Counted from the stretch's first letter, positions 1 to 15,140 are shown. The stretch: DNA of 64,000 nucleotides from Eledone cirrhosa (GCA_964016885.1 OZ024749.1:22506001-22570000), one strand, 5' to 3'. Notes: generated from the letters alone by a model not told the origin. A program made the numbers and translations.

Positions 1-122
1 TATATACATATATATATATATACCCACACATACGTACAACCATAAACAAACATACAAACACATACATACACACATACATACATATATATACACACACACA
101 AAGACACACATACATATATATA

Positions 123-178
<56 letters not shown>

Positions 179-773
179 CATACACATACACACACACATA
201 TATAGACATGCACACACATACATACATACATACATACACATACACATACATATATATTAAAAAAAAAAAAAAATTTATACACACAGTCAGACAAATATGC
301 ACACACATATACATATACACATATGTATATATATATATACACACACACATATACACACACACACATACATATATATACACACATACATACACACACACAT
401 ATATATACATACATATACACACATCAACTACAAATATACAATATATATATATATATATATACACACACATATACATATTTTCACATATATATATACATAT
501 ACTATATTATAATAATAAATAATACATATATATATATATATATATAGACATACATATATATACACACACACACACTCACATATATATGCGCACATACGTA
601 CACATATACACATACACACATATACACATAGACATATACATGTGCATACATGTACATACACACATATACCCACATAGATACAAAGATACACATATATATA
701 GAGAGACATACATATACATACACATATATACACACACATACATACACACATACATATATATACATACACGTAT

Positions 774-844
<71 letters not shown>

Positions 845-960
845 CATATATATATACACACAATCATACACCCTTATTTGCATGCGCATATATGTATTTT
901 TATACTTACAAATAAACACCCAAACATATATACACCTACCTACATATACATACATACACG
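1..960. repeat. Degenerate (CA)n/(TA)n microsatellite field, representative of dozens of such tracts in the window
   Basis: Direct dinucleotide repeats; source of the spurious YI/HT/CV ORFs. Confidence 0.95.
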
Positions 961-1407
961 CTTACAAATACAAATAATAATAGTAGGGGGGAAAGGGGGG
1001 GGGGAGAAGGGGATTATAGTAAATATATGTTTCAAGAAACATAGAATATTAATCTGTATTTGGATCTCAATATGTGTTTACATAGTTTCAGTATTAGGAA
1101 ATGCAAGAAAGAAGGCAAAATTATGCGTTTCAATATAAGTATACCATTAATTATAGGTTAACTAAACTAAAGATAGTTAATATATTGATTTCTAAGGTGT
1201 AAATTACTTAGGTTTATAATATTTGAAGCAGAATTTTGAAGTTAAATAGTAGTAGAGTATTAATTATAGTATAACTAAATTAAAATTATTAACGTTATGG
1301 TATCAATATTAGGAAATGAATTTAGTAATATATATATATATAACGAAGGAAATGTGGTAAGGAACCAGGTGGACCATAACGCACCAAAGTACTCAATACT
1401 TAGGGTA

Positions 1408-1778
1408 GTGAGGACGGAAACCTCCAACAAAGCTTATATAGGTTTAACCGCATGTGACTTCAAGACCCGGCTATACCATCACAGAGATACCTCCCGAAAC
1501 CCGGCCCGGCGTCGCGCCACCACACTATCGGGCCACATCTGGGACCTTAAGGATAACAATATTACCTATGATCTCAGTTGGAATTACTGTCCAGAGCCAA
1601 CTCTTACACGGGAGGACGCCGTCCGTGCAATTTATGCTCGGAGGAAACTTTACAAATGCTGTTTTCGCCGGACCAACTCCTAAACAAGAAGGACGAACTG
1701 GTAACTGCATGCAAACGCAGATTGCGTAGGACTTACCTCGCCCTCAAACCCCATAATGACCTGGGGGTGGGGGCGTAG
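1408..1778 (+). pseudogene. Duplicated GIY-YIG C-terminal coding segment in the upstream pseudo-LTR
   Basis: KAYIGLTACDFKTRLY...CNLCSEETLQMLFSPDQLLNKKDELVTACK; near-identical to 4988-5237 and keeps the C-terminus lost downstream. Confidence 0.88.
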
Positions 1779-2918
1779 ACAGGGGCTTTAACACCCCACT
1801 TGCCGACTTCGTAATGGGTAACCCCTGCTTGCAAAGGTAGACGTGAAATCTTCTTTTATAGCTTTTTATCGCTTCCTCTATATTTCCTTCTTCCCACCAT
1901 CCCTTCCTAGTCCTTCCACCCCAGTCCTCTTTCTTTGTCGTCGTCCTTTTCACTTTCTCGCCCACCCGAGGCAGCCCCTCAGTCCTTTGTAGCCTCAGTA
2001 CCCCAACCCCTTCCCCTATTCTATGATAGAATTGGCCGACTCCGTTTTTTATAGCAGATGTGATAGGACCCGGATACTTGCTTTCTTATCCGATGGCTGC
2101 CCCTTTTCCATGCTTTCTACATTTCTTAGTGGTATCTTTGCTTTAATTTCTCGTATATCTGTATGTTTTTTTTTTGGGGGGGGGGGATTTTTAATTAATT
2201 GTCCGTATCAAATTTTTCATATACTTCGTACGAGCATTTATGTAGTTTGCACTAGAATTTTTGTATCGTAGCGGCACCCTTAGAGATAGTATTAGTATTC
2301 TTTTTCGGGATTCTGATTTATTATTTCGTATTAGTTTATTTTTTGCACTGGGTGGTTGCTGGTCTTGTGCCTAGGGTAGAAACAATTATTTCGTATTGGT
2401 CTCGGGACTCTGAATTATTATTTCGTTGTAGTTTTTTTTCGTATTTTGCCCCCCCCCCCCCACTTGCTGACCCGTCACCGTAAGATATACTCGGTTGATA
2501 CTCTTAAAAGAGTTTCATTATAATTCCGTCCCACCTAGTAAACTTTTCTATATTCTAGCAGTACCAGTGAGACACTTGATGGCTGTCGTTGGGGAATACT
2601 AACCAGTAATTGTTTTTTTTATATTTAATTGTTTTTTTAACATTCTCGGTATTCTTCTATATGTTTACCCCATATTGTTTTACTTTATGTTTCGACTTCC
2701 TCCCCCTCTCCCTCCCTAGTATACTTCCTTGACCTCCTGCCCTGCTGTAGTTGGCACTATCAACGCACGACTGGGTTTCCTCCACCCCCTCTCCCTCTTT
2801 CTTCTACTGGCAGGTTCAGCTACCCCTTCCTTCCACAAATTGCCATGATAGAATATGTGTCTCAACAAAAGACTTTTGACCAATCCTTGTGACAATCACT
2901 TTTACCATATATGGAATT

Positions 2919-3014
2919 ACCCCCTGAGAAGCTCGGCTATTCATATACCAGGATAAAAATTTTCATTTAGTCCAGAATTAGCCGCCGAAACGGCTTGAGC
3001 TCAGCCGTCGGGGT
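2919..3014 (+). ncRNA. Type I hammerhead ribozyme, variant core CTGAGAA (family A)
   Basis: acccc-CTGAGAA-(cggcta...tagccg)-GAAAC-ggc-ttgagctca-gcc-GTC-ggggt; palindromic stem III loop. Confidence 0.7.
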
Positions 3015-3199
3015 CCTACTCGTTCCTATTACCCACTCTACTACCCTAAGTATTGAGTACTTTAGTGCGTTATAGTCCACCTGGTTCCTTACCACATTTC
3101 CTTCGTTATCTAGCTCCTATTCCTGTAGTAGAGCACTTTCCGACCCTACCACGCCGTATTCAGACTTTTCCGCTAAGCTCAAGTTCTTTCACCCGCACC

Positions 3200-5244
3200 A
3201 TGCGAAAACACAACATCGACTTCTCCACCAAGAACATCGCAGTTCCACCGAAAAAACTTTACCTTCGGATGCTCACGCAAAAAATCGACCTCTTTGCGAA
3301 CAGACTTAGATGGAGAACATTTTTCTACGACAGATATTGCGACAATCAGGACTTCGGTACCAAGGAGAGATTCGGATTTAATACCTACAAATCTCCCCCT
3401 CCGAAACCTATGCTCTCACCCTTCGAGAATGACCGTTTCCAACTGGTCAAGAACATTAAATTCAAACCCAGACACAACCGATTCCTACAAAAACTCCGTA
3501 GCAACTTAACAGCGTATGATAACACCAATGACATCATGGTGCACTCGGATAAAACTGGTAACCTCTACTTCGTCAACCCTGACAGATACCACACACTGAT
3601 CAGGAGCAGCCTAAATTCCACCTATAAAAAGGCTAACCACTCCTGCATCGTGGACATAAACCGAGATGGACAACAACTTACCTCCAGCCTCGGGGTCGCC
3701 GACGCACGGAACCCCTAGACCCATTGACACCCTACTTCACACTGAAGGACCACACATCCGATTTCGACCGTAAACCTTCTATAAGGCTTATAAACCCAAC
3801 GAAGTCCGACATAGGGAGAATCAGCAAAAAAATCCTAGACCGCGTTATACCAAAAGTTAAGCAACACGCCAGACTTAGCCTATGGGTCAACACCCAGGAA
3901 GTAATCTCATGGTTCAGCAATATGGAGGACAAACGAGACACAAAATTCATCCAGTTTGACATAGAGTGTTACTATGCTTCAATTACCTTACCGCTACTTA
4001 CGGCTGTCTTGGACTTTGTCGAAACACTTGCGCCCATAACCGACCAGGAAAGAAACATCATCCTCCACGCCAGGAAGACAGTCCTACTCTTCGACAACGC
4101 CAAATGGATAAAGAGAGCTCCCGACTCACCCTTCGACGTCAGCATGGGCGCGACAGATTCGGCTGAGGTCTCGGATCTTATAGGATTATTCCTACTAGTT
4201 ATACTCACCGATATGTTTCCTGCATTCAGCGGTGGATTGTACCGTGATGATGGGCTCCTTACCCTTAAAGGGTACAACCCCAGTAGTACAGACCGGGTAC
4301 GTAAACAATTAATCAGCTTCTTCCGCGACTGGGGATTTAAAATAACCCTAAAAACGTCCCTGACCCGAGTAAACTTCCTGGACGTTACCCTTGACCTCGA
4401 TAATAATCTGTACTACCCATACAGCAAACCCGACGACAACCTGCACTACATCCACCGCCGCTCAAACTATCCTAGGAACATCACCAATAACCTGGTTAAA
4501 AACATCTCCCTTCGCATATCTCGTTTGTCTACTAATAAGCAGATATTCGAGGAGCATGCGCCTTATTACAACCAGGCCCTCAAGCGGAGTGGTTTCCGGG
4601 AGGAAATATCCTTCTGTCCAGCTTCCATTAGCAGAACCAGCAGGCGACACCGCCGCTTACGCAATGTAACATGGTTCAACCCTCCCCACAAGGCCGAGGT
4701 GACAACTCCTATCGGGAAAATCTTCTTTTGGCTCATCGAAAAACACTTCCCACTACAACACCGCTACCACCACATAATTAACAAAAATACCATCAAACTT
4801 TCCTACAGCACCACCCCAAACTTTGCACAAAACATCGTCTCCTCTAACAACAAAAAACTCAACCCCTATGGAAGAAATAACCTAAATAGCAGTAGAGAGC
4901 CGACCAGGAGGTGCAACTGTTCCGATGGATCCATTTGCCCCCTCGACAACAGATGCAAAGATCGTAATGTGATCTACCAGTGCAACGTGAGGACGGAGAC
5001 CTCCAACAAAGCTTATATAGGATTAACCGCATGTGACTTCAAGACCCGGCTATACCAACACAGACATACCTTCCGAAACCCTGCCCGTCGTCACGCCACC
5101 ACACTATCGGGCCACATCTGGGATCTCAAGGATAACAATATTACCTATGATCTCACTTGGAGCTTACTGTCCAGAGCCAACTCTTACACGGAAGGACGCC
5201 GTCCGTGCAATTTATGCTCGGAGGAAACTTTACAAATGAATTAA
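3200..5244 (+). pseudogene. PLE reverse transcriptase + GIY-YIG endonuclease ORF, frameshifted near 3710, C-terminus deleted
   Basis: SDKTGN, YFTLKDH, FDIECYY (motif A), SMGATDSAEV (B), YRDDGL (C), VNFLDVTL (E); linker CNCSDGSIC (CxCx5C); VIY...YIG; C-terminal CNLC. Confidence 0.93.
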
Positions 5245-5831
5245 TTTTGAATTAATTTTCCGTATCAAATTTTTCTTATACATCGTACGAGCATTTATGT
5301 AGTTTGCACTAAAATGTTCGTATCGTAACGGCACCCTTAGAGATAGTATTAGTATTATTTTTCGGGATTCTGATTTATTATTTCGTATTAGTTTATTTTT
5401 GGCACTGGGTGGTTGCTGGCCTTGTGCCTAGGGTAGAAACAATTATTTCTTATTCGTCTCGGGACTCTGAATTATTATTTCGTGGTAGTTGTTTTAGTAT
5501 TTTGGCCCCCCACCCACTTGTTGACCCGTCACCGTAAGATATACTCGGTTGATTACTACTACCTCTTAAAAGGGTCTCATTATAATTCCGTCCCACCTAG
5601 TAAACTTTTCTATAGTCTAGCAGTACCAGTGAGAGACTTGATGGCTGTCGTTGCGGAATAGTAACCAGTTATTGTTTTTTTTATATTTAATTGTTTTTTT
5701 TAACATTCTCGGTATTCTTCTATATTTTTACCCCATGAGAGGCTTGGCTATACATATAACAGGATAAAAATGTTAGCCGTCGAATTAGCCGTCGAATCGG
5801 CTTGAGCTCAACCGTCGGGGTCCTACTCCTT

Positions 5832-5919
<88 letters not shown>

Positions 5920-6217
5920 GAATACATATATACGTAATTTTAGTATATGTATATAATTTTAGTATAGTATACGTATATGTAGTTTAGAATGCCACAACAA
6001 TGCAGATGGGAAATCTCGAGGTAGGAAGTGAGTAAGAAATAGGAGAAAAGTGAAAATTGAGAGAAACGAAAAATGAAAACAAAACAAAGGTAGAAGGGTT
6101 ACCGTATTGGAGATTTAATCCCAATATTTCGGGCTCACTCATAAAAATATATATATTCGGGCTCACTCATAAAAATATATATATTTTTATATATAGAATC
6201 TGAATACATATATACAT

Positions 6218-6360
6218 ATCACCTTGATCACCTTGACCGACCTGACGGGCGTCCATTCGGCGCCGCTGATGACAGCACGCCGTTCATTCCTCTCGGGAGA
6301 GTGCTTTCCTCATCCATGTAGTTCCAATCGTATTCCTAAAATCGTAACTCCACCCTCGTG
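6218..6360 (-). mobile_element. RTE-clade LINE 3' tail fragment
   Basis: Minus strand TTWMRKALSREE resembles the RTE C-terminal W..R..W motif; ends in short repeat caaggtgat x2. Confidence 0.5.
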
Positions 6361-6436
6361 GAGTTTTAGTATATGTATATATACAGCGTGGTCGTTTTAG
6401 TTTATGTATATATATGTATATAAATATATAAATATT

Positions 6437-6476
<40 letters not shown>

Positions 6477-6484
6477 AAATACGT

Positions 6485-7865
6485 AGTTAAGAAAGCCACA
6501 ACAATGCAGAGGGAAATCTCGAGGTAGGAAGTGAATGAAGATAGGAGAAACAGGAGAAAGTGAAAATTGAGAGAGACAAAGATGAAAACAAAACAAAGGT
6601 AGAAAGGTTACCGTAGTGGAGATTTAATCCCAATATTTCGGGCTCACGCCCATCAACGGGGGAGAGTTCCAAAAGGGGGGGAACAGGCCAAGCGGAGAAA
6701 GTTGTGATGTCGTTAAGACAGGAATGCCGTTATGGGGAGAAAATTATTTAAAATTTAAACGAGGGAAAGAATGCGCGTGCGCGTGATAGGCTGTGGCAAA
6801 AGCTACTGACCAAATGGGTTAAATCAAGAGGGTGCGCTAGCGTGTGAAAGCCGTAAAATATGTGTGTGTAAATATATATGTGTGTGTAACTGTGTGTGTA
6901 TAAGTGTAAGTGTGTATATGTGTGAGTGTGTGTGTGTGTGAAAGATAGTGGGCTGTAGAAGCTGGAAATCAAAGGGTGTGAAAGGTGGTAGGTTGTAAAA
7001 CATGTGTGCGTGTATAAATATAGATGTGTGTGTGTAAGCGTATGGGTATACATGTGTGTGTAACTGTGTGTGTATATGTGTGAGTGCGTGTGTGTGTGAA
7101 ATATAGTGGGCTGTAGAAGCTGAAAATCAAAGGGTGTGAAAGGTGGTAAGTTGTAAAAACATGTGTGCGTGTATAAATATAGATGTGTGTGTGTATGCGT
7201 ATGGGTATGCATATACGTGCGTGTGTGTGAAGATAGCAGGCCGTAGGCTGTGAATGGTCACAATGGTTAAGTTAGCCATGTCAGCTCATTTCTCTCAGCC
7301 CGGTTGTTAAGAGGGGTCTGAGGTTCTTAATAACAAGTGCTTCCTTTATCCTTAAGGATCTGATGCTGCGTTCAGTCGCTAGGACTGTGACCAAGGGTCT
7401 ACCCTGTGGGTTTCCGCATTTAAGGATGTGTTTACGGAAGGAAGATGCGTTGGTGTTGATATGTTCCTTGATACAAACATGTAGGGGTCGGATGGTGCTA
7501 CCTATGTAAAACTTGTTACATTTATCGCATTGAATCTTATATACGACATAGGAGCGTAGGCAATCTGCCCCCCGTATCGGGCAGTTGCTGAGGGAACACG
7601 TCCCATCTGACTCGTCGGGTTTGTTGGAGAGGCATCTTCGCAGCGAAGGTCCTGTGTGGGCCAAATGTATGTCAAGTCCCTCCGTCCGTATGGCCCTGCG
7701 GATGGCGTTCGTGGTATATTCACTCAGGTGGGAGATTTTAAAGAAGCACCTGCTTTTATTTAAGTTTCTAGTGGGTGTCTGTCTATTGGGTCTGGGGTCT
7801 CTAATTCCGTTAATCAGTCACTTGGGATAACCATTAGATCTGAGTAGATTACGGAATTGCGTGGT
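6485..7865 (-). mobile_element. 5'-truncated PLE (CCHH-type GIY-YIG end + 3' UTR); extra 3' tip at 5985-6140
   Basis: ORF 7281-7664: CSLSNCPIRGADC, YVVYKIQCDKCNKFYIGST..H, IKEAL; homologous to 45520-45912. Confidence 0.88.
6628..6663 (-). ncRNA. Hammerhead-like motif with non-canonical core CCGTTGA
   Basis: tccc-CCGTTGA-t-gggc-gtga-gccc-GAAA-TATT-ggga. Confidence 0.5.
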
Positions 7866-7894
7866 ATGTATATATATATATATATATATATAAT

Positions 7895-8175
7895 GTAGGA
7901 GGTGAGTTTTATTGTAGTACAATAAAGCAATGCAGATATCGGATAAGAAGCACTCTACAGTTTGTAGGACTGGAGTATGCATAATATAAGATCAAAAGAT
8001 GGTTAAAGGAGTGATATGTTGATTTAAAACTGCACTATCCACAAGTGTTTTTTAGCCTTCATATCATGTTCTCCTGTTTTATCTGATGAAAACACAAATA
8101 TTATTGCATGATGATGTTTGTTTTTGAAATGCGCATAATAAAATACATGGAACTCGTTTAACCATCTTTTGATCT

Positions 8176-8183
<8 letters not shown>
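7895..8183. mobile_element. Non-coding PLE-type fold-back insertion, family C
   Basis: ~7981-8006 inverted at ~8158-8183; similar to 18608-19040. Confidence 0.8.
8077..8143 (+). ncRNA. Minimal type I hammerhead (family C)
   Basis: ttttat-CTGATGA-aaac...gtttt-GAAAT-gcgc-ATA-ataaaa. Confidence 0.82.
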
Positions 8184-8232
<49 letters not shown>

Positions 8233-8236
8233 TATA

Positions 8237-8344
<108 letters not shown>

Positions 8345-8544
8345 GTTTTTATAAGGAAGATCACAAGTCACATCACGTGACAAACGGGCAAGCAATGTTT
8401 GTGTGTTATTTATGTTTTTGTTTTAGTTGTGACGCTATTTTGACATTAGTTATATATTAAATCTTATGATTTATATTGTGTTGAAATAAATATGTAGAAT
8501 TGGTCAAACCTTGACAGGGGCATGTAGTAGAGTTATAAATCAAG

Positions 8545-8647
<103 letters not shown>

Positions 8648-8687
8648 GTATATATATGCGTGTGTGTGTACATATGTACACACATAA

Positions 8688-8784
<97 letters not shown>

Positions 8785-9395
8785 TTATATATATAGATAT
8801 ATGTATATATATGCGTGTGTGTGTACATATGTACACACATAATTCATATATATATGTATATGTATATGCACGCATATATATACGGGTGTGTGTGAGAGAG
8901 AGAGAGTGTGTGTGTGTACGTAAATATATATATACAAATATATATATATATATATATATACATACACATATGTGAGTGTGCTACTTTATATATATTTAAC
9001 ACTATTCGCAATGTCCATGTCATCCGAATCTTCTTCACAGGAAAGATTGAGATGTAGAGAGAGCAAAATAATGAACTACATATACTGAAAGGTATATCTA
9101 AGAAAGTAATGTTGTGTCTCTTACATCGTATGTAATCAACAACATCGGCAACAACAACTACAACAATATCAACATCAACATCACCGGCAGCAGCAACAAC
9201 ATCAACAACAGTAACTGCTGCAATAACGTCAACAACAACAATACTGACACATAGGAGACAAATGAAATTTCTTGTACATATCAATTTGATCTGAAAGATA
9301 ATTTGTTATATATTTTAGATATCATCGTTACAACCACCCTTCGCCAATATCACCATCATCATCATCATCATCATCATCATGATAATCGTCAATGT

Positions 9396-9489
9396 CTTCT
9401 TCTTCTTCTTCTTCTTCTTCTTCTTCTTCTTCTTCTTCTTCTTCTTCTTCTTCTTCTTCTTCTTCTTCTTCTTCTTCTTCTTCTTCTTC
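9396..9489. repeat. (TTC)n microsatellite (also 19198-19296, 52830-52900, 54078-54470)
   Basis: Direct trinucleotide repeat. Confidence 0.95.
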
Positions 9490-9567
9490 ACGAGCAATAT
9501 CATAAACAACGGATTTCAAATGAATTCTTCGAAAAAGACAAACATACACAAACACCCCCATAAATAA

Positions 9568-9655
<88 letters not shown>

Positions 9656-10056
9656 TTATTTATATATATATTTTTATGCATATATATATATAAATACATA
9701 TATACATATATACATATATATATACATATATATATATATATACATATATATATACATACATATATATATATACATATATATATATATACATACATACATA
9801 TATGTATATAGGTATATGTATACACACACACACACACATATATATATTTATATATATATTGTATTATTTGATAATATATTTTTATTTTCATTTCGTCATT
9901 CTGTCTGTTTCTTGGTTAAATATTTCAAGCATATGTGGTTTTTCAACCCTTGTAACTTTAGACACACGGTTTACTGTCTTTCTTACTATATATTGTTAAT
10001 CGGCTCAGTATCTATTTGTACTTTATACTTAGAGCTTAATGGTTACAAGGTTCTAA

Positions 10057-10140
<84 letters not shown>

Positions 10141-10193
10141 TATAAATATATATATTTATATACACATATATATATACATATATATATACATAG

Positions 10194-10252
<59 letters not shown>

Positions 10253-10433
10253 AATATATACATACTTAGATACATGCATGCATACATACGTACAACTATA
10301 TGGGTACATGCACACACACATACACTAAAATTCAAACACACATAGGCATCCATAAATTAATATGTAGAAATGTGTATATGTGTATATATATATATATACA
10401 CAGATACACATATATATGCATATATATATATAT

Positions 10434-10493
<60 letters not shown>

Positions 10494-10782
10494 TTACATA
10501 CATATATATATAGCGGGGAAAAAGATGAGGAGAGAGGAAGAAAGGGTCTTCCTCTCAACTCATCTTTTTCCTCCCTGTTCTTCCTTCCTCCTTTCCGTCT
10601 CTTTCCTTTTTTCTCACTTTTTTTTCTCTCATTCTCCCTCCTTTTCCACCTGGACTTTTGATTAATAAAAGGCATCGGGCGCACCCGAACTACACCGATG
10701 TCGGTTCGGGATACATTTGCAGCTGACGATGGAAACTCCTTTCTTCCTTTCTCCTCCTGTTCCGTCCTAACCAGCATCCTAA

Positions 10783-10821
<39 letters not shown>

Positions 10822-10847
10822 TCGCATATACATACATATGTACATAC

Positions 10848-11035
10848 TTGTTTCTACTTTTGGCACAAGGCCAGCAATTACCCAGTGCACTACTGGTACT
10901 TTAATTCATCTATCCCATGAGGATGAAAGGCAAAGTTAACCTTGGCGGGATTTGAAGTCAGAATGGCAAGGGACGTAACTCTATGCGTCAAAGCATGGCG
11001 TCCGACCCTCTACCGATACCTCCAATCCACCGCCC
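10848..11035 (-). mobile_element. tRNA-derived SINE (major family in window)
   Basis: Reverse complement of the 19805-20013 type; shared ggatgaaaggcaaagttaac core. Confidence 0.8.
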
Positions 11036-11415
11036 TCGGCATAATGACACCGAAAAAACAACCAAAAAAACAAAACCTAATTCAATGAGAAAAAAAACAT
11101 TAAACTGTGTAAAGAGGAAAAAAATTAAGAATTTACCAAAAATGATTTCAATAAGAAAAATACAAAATTGATATTAACATATTATTGAAATAGTTTCATA
11201 ACATTCTGAAGAGAGAGATGAAAGAATAAAACATTGTTGTAATTTTAACTCGAGAAAAATCTTTTGTTATTTCCATAAAACAACTATCTTTAGAGAATTA
11301 GTTCTTTACGAGGTTTACTCTTCCAGTACAATTTGGTATCGAAGGAAGTAAATGTTGAAATAGTGTAATACTGAAAGAAACATTTATATGTGTGTATTTA
11401 TATGTGTGTGTGTGT

Positions 11416-11538
<123 letters not shown>

Positions 11539-11544
11539 TATATG

Positions 11545-11622
<78 letters not shown>

Positions 11623-11857
11623 TATATATATATATATATCTGTGTGTGTGTGTCTGTGTATGTGTGTGAATGTGTGGGTGTACTTATGAAAGTATATGTT
11701 AAAATATATGCGTATAGATATAGATATTTATATATTTTATATGTATACATATAAATATAATTGTATATGTGTGTATGTGTATATATATATAATTACAGAT
11801 ACAGACACACACACACATACACACACATACACTTATATATATATGTATATATATATA

Positions 11858-12023
11858 AATGGCTTCAACAGAACTAGAACAGTTTCATTCGGAGGAAATC
11901 ATCAGGAAGCCCAAATGAAACAGTTCTAGTCCTGTAGAAGCCATTTCTATATTAAATATTTATACTCTGCTATGTATTGAGTAACTTACTTACTGTGGTT
12001 ACCTCCAATTGAACCCGGGATAA
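11858..12023. mobile_element. Family B fold-back mini-insertion with HHR at 11861-11911 (-)
   Basis: Minus strand ggcttc-CTGATGA-tttc/gaat-GAAAC...GTT-gaagcc; 3' half re-read on + strand at 11914-11943. Confidence 0.8.
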
Positions 12024-12075
12024 ATATATCTATATCTATATATAAAGATATATCTATATCTATCAATCAATCTAC

Positions 12076-12216
<141 letters not shown>

Positions 12217-12691
12217 ACTACTACTACTACTATTATGTTTGGTATTGGCTTCCTATTTAGCCATTCATTTTACTGACACACATTCAAACGCACACACACA
12301 CATATATATATTTGTATATATATATATATATATATATCCAGTTTGGAAATACCTTTTTTTTGCAGAAAAGATCTAATACGTGATTCGAATCACCTATACA
12401 GCGTCAGATTAAGAAATCGATCCTTGTGTCGAAGCTGATCACAATATATTAAGGCTTCGATCTATTCATAACCCAAGCACGTGTTAAGCACGATAAAATA
12501 TGTTAAACTGAAATTTCGATTGCTCATTATTAATATAAACACTGTGAGAATTGCACAAATAACAAACAGATGGTGCTGCTAATAAACACTTTTAACACCG
12601 AATATCTAATTCATGTGTAAGTCTATAAGTCTAGAGAGTTCAAACATATGCCAACTATAGTAATATATATATATGTATATATACATACATA

Positions 12692-12901
<210 letters not shown>

Positions 12902-13097
12902 TACAGGCACTTATCTATCTATCTATCTATATATCTATCTATCTATCTATCAATCTCTCTCTCTCTCTATATATATATATATGTGTTTGTGTGTGTGTGT
13001 GTGTGTGTATGTAAAAGATAAACAGAAATAACAACACAATCAGTACAGTATATTGAAGGGATATATTCGGTTAACGCTTGATATAGCAGGAAGAGGG

Positions 13098-13133
13098 TCT
13101 TAACGTTTCGGACGCTAGTCCTTCATCAGAAGA
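13098..13133 (-). ncRNA. Ultra-minimal hammerhead (family E; second copy 56507-56542)
   Basis: tctt-CTGATGA-a-ggac-tagc-gtcc-GAAACGTT-aaga; loopless palindromic stem III. Host fragments 13013-13155 and 56422-56565 are homologous. Confidence 0.75.
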
Positions 13134-13642
13134 AAGAATGAGAAATAAGATAGATCGCGGGGACGGGCGGGTTGGAATTGGAAAAAATGTCTTTATATAT
13201 ATATATATATATATATAGTGTCTAAACATAGGAATGACCCAGCAGATAGGCAAATCAGAGAGGCCAGTGAAATAGAAATTAGAAGACCAAAGCTAAACAG
13301 AAAGAATGAGTGGAACAACAACAACACCCAAACAAACAACACTGACCTAAGAGAAGTATAAATAAATAAGTAAATTAAATTAAATAAAATAAGATAAATA
13401 AATACATACACAAGCACATAAACACACACTAGTCACCCAGCAGACACAACACTATACACACTAGTCACACATCACACATAACACTATACACACACGCAAA
13501 CGCATGCGCAAAGAAGACAAAATAAAATAAGATAAACAAACAAGCAAATAAATAAATAAATATATAGACAGACTGAACAAAAAAAAAAAAAAAAAAAATG
13601 GCGTAGACATACAACACAACAGGAGGAACAATGAATATAACA

Positions 13643-13683
13643 CCACTGACGATGTTGCAGATGTGCAACGAAAGATTTATGTA
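13643..13683 (+). ncRNA. Hammerhead motif in a family K-related element (13217-13892)
   Basis: ca-CTGACGA-t-gttgca-gatg-tgcaac-GAAAG-at-TTA-tg; decayed relative at 50521-50602. Confidence 0.6.
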
Positions 13684-14803
13684 AACTATATATATATGCG
13701 TTTGTCTATATTGTATCTGTATTATTTTTGACCACCGGTCAGTCAATGGCAACATTGAGGACCGAGTAAGTTAGATCGCAGATATATATATATAAAAGAC
13801 AGCGAGAAGCGAAAACCAACCAAACAGTGAGTGTGTTCTGTTATTAATTCTGGCAATATTACGCAAATATGACCCTCCCCAAATATAACAATATATATAT
13901 ATATATATATATTAGAATGTTTTTTTGTGATAATACAGGGTTAGATCACTGAAGCTACCTTGTACCTTCTTGAAGATACATTTTATGATTATTGTCTTTT
14001 TGCTTATGTATTTTCTTAGTTACCACTTTCTTTAATCTTGCCCAACTTGATAAACTCCCTGAATTGCTCCCTAATTAAATTGCTTAGATTATTGTACATA
14101 TTATGCCTAGGCTGTATCTGTTGAAGCAGCCCTTTGAAAATTCCTCGGATATCCCAAATACCGTAATTTTTAATTTTTAACTTTTAATGTATAATTTTCC
14201 TCAATTCGTTTTTATATTTATCCTCAAAGGATCTCTAAAATTTTAATTCTTCGAAGGGTCTCTCGGAAGAAGTTCCTATTGTAAATAGTAAAGGGGCCTT
14301 TTCTGAGAGATTTATGGAAGGCTCTCTGAATTAACCTCTAATTGATTAGTTTCTTTCAACCTAGTTTTCAATTCAGTTTTCTGAATTTTGTAAACGTGAT
14401 CTCGGGGGAAGAAGGTTTTTTTCTTTCGGAAAAAATTTTTTTCTCTAGAAGAAATTTCATAGGAACTCTATATATTTTTTAGGGAAACTTTATATTTTTA
14501 TTTTCTTATTTTATTAGCCTCTTAATTTTCTTCTAGACTAATAGGTGTATTGGAGCCTGTAAGCTTTATGCACTCATTGAGGGATTTTCTGAGGTGCTTC
14601 TGCGGGACCCCAAGTCTCTTGGTTTAATGTTGATGCGTGAATTATATATTTTTGTCTAATTTTTAAACTTCAATCCCTGACCCCGACAACTAATATAAAA
14701 GAGCCCCCCTTAAAGCGGAGTTGCTGATGTATACAACAATTTCAAACTGCTAGCCTTGAGTGATACGTTGATGTAAACAATGATCTTGCAATCACATGTT
14801 ATA

Positions 14804-14850
14804 TGCCTTGATAAGTCCCACCATGGGGTCGGACGAAACGGCTGTCGGCA
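14804..14850 (+). ncRNA. Hammerhead with U3-A8 core (TTGATAA)
   Basis: tgcc-TTGATAA-gtcc-caccatggggtc-ggac-GAAAC-ggct-GTC-ggca; near the 3' end of a non-coding insertion ~13910-14897. Confidence 0.8.
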
Positions 14851-14970
14851 ATAAACTTGTTATAATGTCATAATAGTTCCTTTGTTCTTTTTCACTAATA
14901 TATATATATATATATACATGTATATATATACATATATATACATGTATATTTATATATTTATGCATAGGCA

Positions 14971-15016
<46 letters not shown>

Positions 15017-15102
15017 CGTTTGAATGTGTGTCAGTAAAATGAATGGCTAAATAGGAAGCCAATACCAAACATAATAGTAGTAGTAGTAGTAGCAGCAGCA
15101 AC

Positions 15103-15140
<38 letters not shown>

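Larger units (their letters stand above)
1342..5835 (+). mobile_element. Penelope-like element, family A (Hydra-clade-like), partial tandem: inverted 3' tip + upstream pseudo-LTR + ORF + internally deleted 3' copy, in (TA)n
   Basis: 1342-1408 is the reverse complement of 3040-3108; 1408-1657 repeats 4988-5237; ~2135-3027 is repeated with deletions at ~5250-5835; TA tracts on both sides. Confidence 0.92.

Noticed and set aside
3716-3718. Programmed recoding or selenocysteine in the PLE ORFs
   Set aside because: Breaks are frameshifts ending at TAG/TAA, not in-frame TGA at Cys positions; simple decay explains them
6266-6272. CTGATGA as a hammerhead core
   Set aside because: No downstream stem II-GAAA-NUH; lies antisense within an RTE tail
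10723-10745. CTGACGA-tg-GAAAC hammerhead
   Set aside because: No stem II, no stem III or NUH partner and no stem I pairing
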